This document shows positions 1-10,060 of a DNA stretch of 64,000 nucleotides, piece after piece. Within the stretch, counting starts at the first letter, position 1, and every line of letters starts with the position of its first letter. The notes under the pieces were generated by a model that worked only from the letters and a program-made list of their open reading frames with translations, ran no database searches and had not been told where the DNA came from. Source of the stretch: Bispira polyomma (taxonomy: Eukaryota); assembly GCA_965649765.1 (NCBI GenBank), contig OZ287756.1:16864001-16928000 (forward strand), written 5' to 3'. Position numbers and translations under genes: made by a program.

Positions 1-1494
1 CTGAAAACCAAATGGGAGGCAAGAGTCGACGTAGTATTTGTCTAATTTTAAGCCTAATAGATTGTAATCAGCTGGATCCATTTTCACGTGATGAAATGCC
101 CGACTTACGTCAATTTTATATAAGAGCGTTCCACGTCCCATACGACATATTTTGTTTGTAATTGTGTCAATTGTGGGAAGGGTTAATGCAAACGCAGTAC
201 CGAGATACTTATCCTTGACTACAGCCGAATTCACAGAGTTGCCATGAGGAAAGCTTAAATCTATGATAACGCGCCTGTGTGCGGCACCTGGCTTTTCCCT
301 AGTCATAAAGGGAGAAATATGGAGGTTTTGTATGGGGGCCTTATGGAAAGGGCCCAACATGGCGCCTAACTCAGTCTCTTCTTTTAAATAAGCATGCACA
401 TCATCTGGAAATTGTGTTGCAGATGAATGATTCTGTTCTGTATGAGATAACTTGCTGTCAGGATTAAAATCGAGGGGAAACCCATATCTTATCAAAAAGG
501 GGAGTTGCTTATCCCAGTAGTCAGTCAAGTATTTTTCCCATACATCTGGGTTCAACTCAGATTTCAATTGAACTTGTGCCCCCATATAATTTGGGTAGTT
601 GTCCTTCTTAATCTGAGTGTGTAACTCTAACAGAGACTTATCCGACTTTACTCGTTTATCCGTTTGGGGAACTTGGAGGTCATTTAGCGGAATAAACCCA
701 TACTTATCTGTAGTTTGAGTATCCCATTGCTGGAACTGAGGCTGGTTGGAAGCACGTTTTATAAGTTCCCTGTTTTTCGATTTAGTTTGTAGTTCTAGGT
801 CATATTTGTCTGATTTTATTCCCCCAGTACCTCGAGAGAGTATTTTAAGACCTTGACCTTGGTTACAAGTATCTGCTAAATGTGTGAAAGAGTTGTCACT
901 AGTGTCCATATAATGGTCATTGTCACTCAACGGGGAAAACCTATTGTGAGTGGAAATGGGCCATTTGCCCTGAATGTCTAATTTTGTGATTTCCAGCTTT
1001 TGGCCAAATTGATCACCTTTTGTTGGAGGGGGTTTACCCATTTTTGACATTACATTATTCCTCTGTGCACTTGTAAAAGGGGAAGCACCTTTTGTGAAAG
1101 TTTTAACACTCACTCTGTGCCCCAGTTCATGTTTTGTGGACACTTCTGAAATTTGGTTGTTATTTAAACATGGTGAACATTTAACCTGGTGACTTTGCCA
1201 CCTCTGATTCACATTCGCACTTTGTACAGAAACCTTTATGGCAGCAGACCTGGAGGGAGCCTTTCTTTTAACCACATCAGCATAAGATCTATTTACAAAT
1301 TTGGCCCAATCTGCCCTCCAATGTGTACTGCCAGTATTACATTTAAGACTATTATACACAGTTCTAGTGGGACAACCTTTAGAATTATTTACAACTTTTT
1401 GTGCAAGTTTTTTTCCGACCACCTCTTGTGTGGAAGAAACATAGGCTGGCACTGCATTACTGCAGTGCCTTACTCGTTTTTTAACGGATATTTT
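1..1494 (-). CDS. ORF2 (reverse transcriptase, partial) of the DIRS/Ngaro element; absent from the ORF track because it runs off the window
   Basis: Triplet-by-triplet scan finds no stop from 1494 down to 1 (upstream TAA at 1497-1495). Translation includes WEKYLTDYWDKQLPFLIRYGFPLDF, NHSSATQFP, LGAMLGPF, LHISPFMTREKP, IIDLSFPHGNSVN, KIDVSRAFHHV and SCLPFG. The frame is -1 relative to ORF1 and the first ATG is at 1050. Confidence 0.9.
1448..1482 (-). promoter_or_regulatory. Putative -1 programmed ribosomal frameshift signal (A_AAA_AAC plus stem-loop)
   Basis: Minus strand reads TT[A AAA AAC] GAGTAA GGCACTGCA-GTAA-TGCAGTGCC. The heptamer (1482-1476) is phased X_XXY_YYZ in the ORF1 frame, with a 6-nt spacer and a perfect 9-bp stem with GNRA loop (1469-1448). 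The -1 frame is the RT frame. Confidence 0.82.
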
Positions 1495-2444
1495 TTACAG
1501 TCTTTTGCAGGGTGGGGGTAAGACCTCCCATTTTGAAAGCATTGGTTACACACATGACTATATGACACACCTTTGAATTCGTGATCCCCTTTTTGGGGGC
1601 AAGTACCCCTCTGGAAGTACCTACATGGGATGGACTTCTCATGACTTTTCCTGGTGTTGGTTTGATAATTACTATTTGCAGTCTGGATGACAACCCTTTG
1701 GGCATGAGCCCGTCTAATCCTGTCCAACTTGTGGGCATCTCCCCAGGTTACCTTACCCTCTTCCATTTTACACAGTACAACGGCATGGCTAGCCTTAGCC
1801 GAGGTCCAGGAAAAGTCATGAGCGTCCTCCATGAGGTCAGTGAGATACTCCAACATTTGGTTTTTAACGTCTAAACTACTTTCATCTCTAGCTATACTGG
1901 CAAAACCAGAGACCCACTGGGCCATTGACAACGCGTCATACGTAACTCGTGTTTTGTTTTGTCCCCCTAGTATAACGTTCTGAGGCCAAGCCACCTTATT
2001 CTTCACCCACAGAGTGTCGGGACCCCCTCTCTGAGATTTTGACGTACCTGAATCATTAATGGCCACCAATTCCTTAAGACGTGAATCCACTGCAGTCTGT
2101 AGGGAGTCGGATGTATGTAGTGTCTGTAGCGTCGGGACCAGTAGCTCAGAAGTGGTTTGGTCCGCCTGTCTAGGTTGGGCTGCACTCCCCGGGCTCGACG
2201 CCGTCAAAGCCTGGGCTCCATGTGAACTGCGATAAACTTGCTGCTCAACTTGGGTCATACGCCCACTTAATGCTTTGAGTTCAGTCAAAATTTGTAGGTT
2301 AACGTCGGCAGCAGTTACACCATCGCCAGCCACAGAGTTCTGCTTGGAGGTTCCCACACTGGTATGCATTTTACAGTTTTCATCAATGGGTTTAATATGA
2401 CTAGTTTCACACTTGTGACAGTAGTATTGTTTCCTTGGGGCCAT
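1470..2444 (-). CDS. ORF1 (Gag-like protein) of the DIRS/Ngaro element, 324 aa
   Basis: Intact ATG-to-TAA ORF. N-terminal CxxC-H-C motif, a short coiled coil, and C-terminal CRYFQRGTC...H...CNQC...H...C zinc fingers. Lies directly upstream of the RT ORF. Confidence 0.85.
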   Translation of the reverse strand: MAPRKQYYCHKCETSHIKPIDENCKMHTSVGTSKQNSVAGDGVTAADVNLQILTELKALSGRMTQVEQQVYRSSHGAQALTASSPGSAAQPRQADQTTSELLVPTLQTLHTSDSLQTAVDSRLKELVAINDSGTSKSQRGGPDTLWVKNKVAWPQNVILGGQNKTRVTYDALSMAQWVSGFASIARDESSLDVKNQMLEYLTDLMEDAHDFSWTSAKASHAVVLCKMEEGKVTWGDAHKLDRIRRAHAQRVVIQTANSNYQTNTRKSHEKSIPCRYFQRGTCPQKGDHEFKGVSYSHVCNQCFQNGRSYPHPAKDCKKYPLKNE

Positions 2445-2989
2445 AGCCTAATATAAGAACTCGTGGCTTTGGTACCTGCAACTATACTAAAGGAACTGTA
2501 ACACGATAATCTAAATTAAATTATATGTAATCAGGCAAATAGCCGTGAATTTGATGCAATATAATTGATTTGACCACGTTCCTTTACCACCGCTCAAACG
2601 AGCATATAATCGCAAGACTCAAAGTAGAGTAAAACACAGGAATCCAGCAAAAACACTGCAGATCAGTTCCTCCTTAGTGTGTAGCACCACTTAGTGAATC
2701 ATTTGTTGCATTTCTTGTTTCCATAACACAAATAATAAAATCAGTGAAGTAAAAGTAAAACACATAAAAGTAAAAATGTAAAATATTAAAGATGGCGTTG
2801 TTGCCTAAATGACTTCAATAGTGTAAGTGAGGATTCTAGCTAAAAAGCGGGAAAACAGAGGTTAATTAGTACACAAGTAACCAATTAGGAAGGGGTTCAT
2901 AGGGCATAAACCCAGGGAGGAAAATACTAGTAGCACTGAACTTGCTATCCCCTACGGCGCTACCCCGCAAATTTAATGCGTGTATAAAA

Positions 2990-5575
2990 AGGTATAAAAC
3001 TATTATTTGCAGAAATGGTAAAATTCACATTTTATTGAACTTTCTATATTTTCAATTCCTTTAAAAAAATTTTTTTCCTATATTCCCATAATTTACATAA
3101 AAATTTTCAAACGTTTTAATATGTTTGTCTTTGAGTGACATTAAATTAATAAATTTTTCTTCTGAACTCAAAAGATTAAAGTTTACTTCCACATTGTTAA
3201 CAACATAATCAAAGAACACTTTTCTATCTCTATCGTAAACGGTACAATCAATTAAAAAATGCTGTTCGTCTTCTATAAAATTAAAATTACACATTGTACA
3301 CATTGTACACATTTGACAAATCTTTTTTTCTGGTATGTTCCAGTTTCTGTGGCTAGAGGCAGTATTCCAGATCTTAATTGGGCAATGAGAGACCTTTAAT
3401 TTCTATAAAGATTCTGTGATACGTATTCTTCTGTATAAATATGAGTTTTATATTTGACATACAATCTTAATTTCGGTTTGGTACATATAGATTCATGCCA
3501 TTCGAGATCATTTAAACAAAATAGCTTCTCTTCTGCGGTATTTAAATCAATGTGTTCTCCTGTGAGAAATTTTTCTTGCAAGCCTATCTGATCTAAAATG
3601 TTTTCTAAATCTCATTGTCCATTCTAATAAGCCTATTATAAAAATGATATTCATATACATTTTGAATTTTGGTTTTAGCCATCCCATATCCCCAGCTAAT
3701 ACATTTGGTGAGATTTTTGCATGCACACCCAGAAAATAACATGCTCTTTTCCGAATTTTATTGGCATAATTTTAGTGTGCAAAACCCTAAATATCACTGC
3801 AGTAGTCTGTTATAGGTATGATGCCACTTTCATATAATTTTGAGAATTTTTGAGAATGTTTTGAATCCAATATTTTTTTTCGAATATTGGTTAAATTTTG
3901 ATATTAATCCACCTAGTGCTCGCCCACCAGCTTCTGATAGTTCTTTTGCGCATACTTTATGATCTAGATGCTCATGCAAAGATACACCTAAATACTTACA
4001 TTGATCAACAATCGAAAGCTTTGAGGAACCAGTAACAAATTTACAACAAGACAGTGGTTTTCGATTTTTGCGCAAAAGTACAATTTGACTTTTTGATTTG
4101 TTTATTAATTAATGCATTTTTTTACACCACTGATCCAGTTTAGTCAGTAAAAGCTGTAAATGTTTTTTTACGTTTTCTGCAATTAAAACAATATCATCTG
4201 CATATAATAATATCCATATCTTTTTGTCACCAAAGGGGACACCTATACCCATATTTTTTATTTCAATTGCTTATTGATAAAGATTCCAAACAATGTTGGG
4301 AACAAATTGTGACCTTGTCATAATCCTGACTTACCATAAATCAGTTACTAAGTAAGTTGTTTAGCTTAATACAAGATTTATTGAAATTATATGACGAATT
4401 AATTACACAATAGAATTTATCTGTTATGTTATGGTTAAGAATTTTGACATTAATAAATCTTGGGTTACCTATTCAAATGCTTTTTGTATATCAATGGAAG
4501 CAACATATATATCTCTGTTATCATTTAAGTGTCTCCTAATAATTGAAGTAGGTGAAAATATGTGAAATCCAAAAGATCGGCCTTTGCGGAATCTATTTTG
4601 CTCATCGCATAATAAGCCTACATTTTTTGCAATAATTTATGATACAGTTATTTAATAATTGTGAGTATACTTTACTAACATGTGAAAGTAGCGAAACCCC
4701 TCTATAAGAGGATAGCGTGTAAGGATCTTTCAATGAACTTTTTGAAATGGATATTATAATGGTCTTTAACCAATGTGATGGAACTTTACCACAAGAAAAG
4801 CAAATGTTAAATAACTTATATAGAACGTGTTTGCAGTGTTGCTCTTTGAAAACTTCATTATAGATTTCATCAAAACCACAATTATTGTTCTTGTTTGATT
4901 TATCAATAACCTTTTCTAGCTCCTCATATGTTATGTCACCATTTATGTATTCAATACTACGATTGAAATTTACATCGTTTTCCAAATTCATTTTATCACA
5001 ATGATTACATTGCAAAGTAATCAACATCCTCCAAATTATCACCACTTTTGTTTGTGTACATTTTTTTGAATTCCTTTATCCATGTTCTTAGAACAAAATC
5101 GAAATTGTCGCATAAGTTTCCATCATTGTCATATACTGGATAACATCTTCAGGCAAGATGTGAACACAAGTTTGCCTAGTGGCTCGGATGACCACTTAAA
5201 ATGGCGGTCCTCTGTCACTGAGTGATATCTCTAGTGGCAGATTAAAGATCCTTGGGGACGTTGATAAATGGTCATCCTCAGCACCTCAGCGCCCATAGTG
5301 GCTGCCCATGAGAAAGCGCATTTGAAAGGACGTTATGTTCTATAAGTGCGCTATAACAAATGTACTATTTCATTTCATATACTGACATAGGGATTTTTGA
5401 TTTCTGAGGGCCAAGATTGCTAAATGTTTTTCCAAAACTCTTTGGATGTGAGGTAGAAATTTCTTTAATTTTTGTAACAAATTTATTGTTATATTGTCTC
5501 TTCAAAAAATCTTAGTCTCCTTTGAAATATTTGCCTAGATGATAAAAAGTTATTTCGTTTGGCAGATTTTTGTTA
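2990..5575 (-). mobile_element. Degenerate 5'-truncated non-LTR retrotransposon (RTE-X/Proto2-like ORF2 3' part)
   Basis: Fragmented translation: YRGVSLLSHVSKVY, IDIQKAFE, ILLYADDIVLIAE (~4180-4215), YKYLGV-like CKYLGV, IAQLRSGILPLA, and a C-terminal zinc finger ICQMC...IEDEQHFLIDC. Many stops and frameshifts. Clade assignment is tentative. Confidence 0.85.
5139..5374 (+). mobile_element. 5'-truncated SINE with Nin/Deu-like central domain, inserted into the LINE
   Basis: 10-bp TSD TCATATACTG (5129-5138 and 5375-5384); removing the insert restores the LINE frame KIPMSVYDNDG. Core GGATGACCACTTAAAATGGCGGTCC...GTGGCAGATTAAAGATCC resembles the Nin/Deu domain. L2-like tail GCGCTATAACAAATG(TTTCA)n. 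Confidence 0.75.
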
Positions 5576-6493
5576 GAAATGACTTACTCTGATACTTATG
5601 GATCTGATATAGCACATTTCCAGACGCATTCACTATTCCATGATGATAAATGCTTTAAATTTATTGTAAAAGGTGCATGAGACTAATTGCCAGAGAGGTC
5701 CCCTGTGGGTAGAATGAAATCTATGAATTTAGTTGCCTTTTACGTCGCTGTTTACAGCTTAGGTCATATCATAACCAGTGCTCAAGAAGTGTCTGACATA
5801 CAAATGGTTGTAAATGGTCATATTGTGCTTGTGTAATATAAATGGTATCGGGAAATCTTATTGCATCAGTGATGTGTATACAAAAAGGTTCATCCAGATG
5901 TACCCGGAGCACTCAACAAATATCTGTATATGTCGGATCTTGCTATTCAAAGCGGGTTGATCTCATGCAGATCTAATCGTCACTGTCTCACTACACACCT
6001 AAGATCATCCTTCTAAATATGACGTCCTATACTTAACTGTTTGACACAAACAGTAGTGTTATTTATGGCCAACTTAAAATCATATTAACTATCGCATTCT
6101 CAGATTTCAATGGTGATATATTGACATCAGTGATATGCAAGGTTCTATAAGGCCTCAAAATAGCTCTCAATAGTCTCCCAAGTATGTGTTTATATTCCTT
6201 TGAAATTTGACAACTGAAATATTTCCACAACTGGAACCAACAGCTTGGTAATATTGATGAAAACAGACCCTTTCCAGTCTCATTAATTATGTGTCCTATT
6301 ATGTCATACATTTTCAGTCCTTGAATAAACAAAAGTAAACTTTTCATCATATAAAAGCACTGCTGTTAAAACGAGAATTTACTTCCTCCAAGACGTATCA
6401 TTCATCAATGCTATCAATGTTGAATAATTTAGTACTTGTTGAATTTAATTATCTGCAATACTGACATCAGAATGGATACATACACACTAGAGG

Positions 6494-9276
6494 TAGTTCT
6501 GAAATTCAGACCTCCGAGGGTTTTTTTTTTTTGCCGTCTGCCCTCTCCGTTCTGATCTTTCGTATAACAAGTCTTATTTTACGTTTGTTTTCATTGCAAG
6601 CAACGCCACCACACGGCACATTATGACCAGTTGCTGGCGATATCGGATACGTTAAATTATTGCCGGTAATATAACAGAAAGTTGCTTGTAAAATTTCTTT
6701 CTGTTTATTCAATTTTTACTTTAATTATCACACATAAGAATAAATTTAGGTGAAAAAAAAACAACAGTATTTAAATAATTAAATATATCTATTTTATGCA
6801 GGATATTTTCCACCAATGGAGACTCCTATTGTATTTTCCTAATATTATATGTTGAAACAACATTGAAAGTCATAAAGAAGCCATTGAAGAAAAAACAACT
6901 GGAAATAATGTAATAATAATAATCAGACAACTGTATGAATGTACAAGAAAAACGAGACTGATTGACCTGTTAATACCTAAAATAAAGAGAAGAATAAAAC
7001 TACATGCTTGCTTGTTTTTTTTAGCATCTAAATTTTACCTCAGTGAGGCCTTGTGCACAGAACAGAAATATTGATTATTTATGTTCAGGCAAGTAGTAAT
7101 GACATTTTTAATTTCCCAACACCCTCAGTCGTCTGTCTAATTTTTTTGAAAGTTTGCTAATCTTTTTTACAAATTTTAGACCCTCGGTCTAGGTGAGGGA
7201 AAAATGAGGGATTTCTTCAAGCCATACACCCATTCGAACCTGATATTGTGCCAATTCCTGTCATAATATCGGGGGACAATATTAGGCATACACCCACATA
7301 AGCTTGAATACTTCTCATTGTAGGTCTCTTCATTGTGGGAATAAGCAATGTCCTGTATATGCTCAAGTACTGTTGATCTCTCTCCTGTTGTGATACCCAT
7401 CTTGTCTGTGGTGATCTCTCTGTTAAATGTCCTCAGGACATGAAACAGACAGATTTCAAGTGAAATCTGAGGCATCACAGACTTGAAAACTCCACGTTCA
7501 TTCATATCTTTATCTGTCATCACCACATTTACATCGGTCCAGGCTGAATTTTCTTCTTTAAATTTCTGTACCATCACTCGAAGGGAGTCTTCGTCCGCAT
7601 GCTGTATCAGAAAGACAGCGGCAACCTGGCTCTCTCCATTGCCGTCAATACACCAAAAAGTGTACAAAACCATGCCCTGCTCGTTGGTTTTATGAGTTGC
7701 ATCCACCAGGAGTATCTCAGGGAATCTTTCAAAAGCTGACTTCATCTGTGCATCCTGAAGAAAGATCCCTGTTATAATGTCATCATTTTTCACAAAGTGG
7801 CTGTGCATCGATGGGTGGGCCTCTTTTATCCACTGTGCAAGGTTTTTGACAGGATTGGCGGTGTCACTTGGTTGGTTGACACTAGTTTTAGCTCCAGTGG
7901 CAATGTTGGGAATGTCACTCATCAGTTAGACCTTACCTGTCTTGTCAGAGAAGTGACTCTGTACCATCTTTCGATTAGCATTTAAACTATTCATTTTTGC
8001 AATCTCCTTCTCAGTTTCCGGATCTACCCACCTCTGCTTGGGGTTGAGCTTAAATTCTTCTTCAGACACTTCATGATTGTGTTGATCCAGAAACTGTGTG
8101 AGAAGTAGAGCCTGGCCATCTGATGTAGCCCGGAATTTCATAATGAAGGGGCAGTCTATCTTCTCTGTTCTTGTGTTAGGCCTAACACCCTTGGTTGATC
8201 TCTGTCTGAATGTAGTACTGTGTTTACACGCAAAGTAGGCCTCAGAAAAAAATCAAATCAGGATTATATGACTTGTTTGAGCCACATTTAAGAGAATTCT
8301 CTATTGTCCTGGAATGCTTTTTGGCAACATTCACTAGATTTTCTTTTTTAAAGGCTGCCAACTCTATTTTCAACTGTTCATAGCTAGAAAAGGACTAACC
8401 AACACTAAACCTAGCCATCATTCTATTTTAAAGGATTACCTAACTTTTTTGTCCTCACAAATATTTACTGAACCACCAAATCAATTTGCTACTATTGCTA
8501 CTTCACACACACTCACTGTTCACAGTATAAAACTGAACTGATTTACAAGCCCCATACCCCCATCTTATATTTTCAAGTGTAATTGCAATTACATCAAAAA
8601 CCCAATCAAGAATGTTCAGCCTGCTGCCACACATTTAGCATATATACCCTGCCACCTAATCAAGTATGGGAGTGATTAATGACACACTGAAAACCACTAG
8701 CTGAGACCTAATTGAATTTTGGCTGTCACCCTGCCACCTAATCAAGATTGAGAGTGATTATTGACACCCTCTTAATCCTCTGCAACTGGTGAGAGAGACA
8801 ACAAAGGGACCCAGGAGCCCCCTTCCCCCTCTTTGTAGTGCCTGCAGGTGAATTCTATTGTCATCATGTAAGGCATGTGTAATCTTTACCTCAACTTTGT
8901 GGATTGTTCTGTGTATTGAATCTGAAAAGTGTCTAACCTAAAAAAGACCTCATAAGAATCATAATTAAAACAATTAATAATAGAAAATGAATTAAATTTA
9001 AATGTAAGAGACATTTCTTTTGCACAAAAGTATGGGCGATATATGGGTTTACAAACAAAATAAAGAATTGGGTGAAGCTTTACACTTGCAAATGCCTGCA
9101 TCAGTTGTGATGTATTTATATGAATACTTATGTGCTTGTTTACTAAGTAAATCATTTTACAGTACTATATTTATTGCAAAACGAAATTTCACTAACACAT
9201 CCAATTGCAGAAATCAGAACAGGGAGGGAGCAAATGGCCAATCGGACTCCCGGACCGTTCTTAGCTTCAGAACTTA
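6494..9276 (-). mobile_element. MULE (Mutator-like) DNA transposon, internally deleted
   Basis: 9-bp TSD CACTAGAGG (6485-6493 and 9277-9285). Imperfect ~70-bp TIRs TAGTTCTGAA... / ...TTCAGAACTTA. The empty site is present in the paralog at ~25420. Encodes a MULE transposase remnant. Confidence 0.9.
7176..8421 (-). pseudogene. MULE transposase (ZSWIM3/FAR1-like) pseudogene, C-terminally truncated
   Basis: N-terminal MARFSVG*SFSSYEQL...CPFIMKFR...HNH, then PEILLVDATHKTN, IDGNGESQVAAVFL, VVMTDKD and ICLFHVLRTF (MULE DDE core and CxxH). Contains in-frame stops. Confidence 0.88.
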
Positions 9277-9615
9277 CACTAGAGGTAACACTGTTGTGTC
9301 CCATCTCTGCAGTTGTACTTTGGAATTTGATCCATGGCATGTAGGTGGGAAAGTTACTGAAAGGTTACTGAAAGTTGTAGAACAGAAACCTTGTCACAAG
9401 TCTCCACCAAATACTCTGTTCTAATTTCCTCCACCAGTAAACTGCAGTTTTTGTCATAGTTAAGAAACGTTTGTCTTTAAGATTTCTCTTTCACTAAAAA
9501 ATGTAAAAGTTCATAGGGGTTGAAAGTCTGACCTTAGTCTGGTCGTACATAAAAAGTGACACAGGCTGGTGGTATAATGGATAGATCTTTTCAGGACACC
9601 TCATTTACTTTCATA

Positions 9616-9907
9616 ATTGTATTGCATTGTATTGTATTTTGGATTTTTAACGCGCCTTATTAATGCTAGGCATCTCCTAAAGCGCAACAACAAAACCAGT
9701 AAACCAATAGAGAAGTACAAAAACATAGCCACGGTGGTAAGAAAGGATGTAAGGGTGTACAGGGAGGAAACTATGGGGGTAGGCGAGTTTGAAAAAATTT
9801 GTTTAAGCTTCTTTCTAAACCCAGAAAGTGTTTCAAGTGATTTTAGCTCAACTGGAACATTCCGTAAAGTAGGGGACAGCAGCAGAGAAAGCTCCTGATC
9901 CTCGCCT
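9616..9907 (-). mobile_element. L2-type LINE 3' fragment
   Basis: Encodes AFSAAVP on the minus strand and has a (CAATA)n tail. Absent from the paralog, where TTCATAAGAGTT is contiguous at ~25612. Related tails at ~51330 and ~63540. Confidence 0.7.
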
Positions 9908-10060
9908 TCATGAGAGTTGTGTTCCTTTCAAACTATCACAAGCCCCTGGGTCCTTGGGTTTTATTATCTTGTAGCTTTTGAAATGTTTATAATAATCATA
10001 ATGAATGTGGACATTCCCTGTTCTCTTAACATAATGTTTAATAATTTCTCATTTTTGTAG

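Larger units (their letters stand above)
1..2975 (-). mobile_element. DIRS-order (Ngaro-like) tyrosine-recombinase retrotransposon, 5' half; continues beyond the window start
   Basis: Gag-like ORF with C-terminal Cys/His fingers, followed by an uninterrupted RT ORF with DIRS/Ngaro-type motifs (RRVIIDLSFPHGNSVN, YKIDVSRAF, YVDSCLPFG). The 5' boundary near 2975 is approximate, taken where the GC-richer terminal sequence gives way to the AT-rich LINE tail. Confidence 0.88.

Noticed and set aside
1189-2185. ORFs 1189-1521 (+), 1581-1874 (+), 1481-1738 (-) and 2003-2185 (-)
   Set aside because: Antisense or alternate-frame shadows of the DIRS ORFs, with no recognisable motifs.
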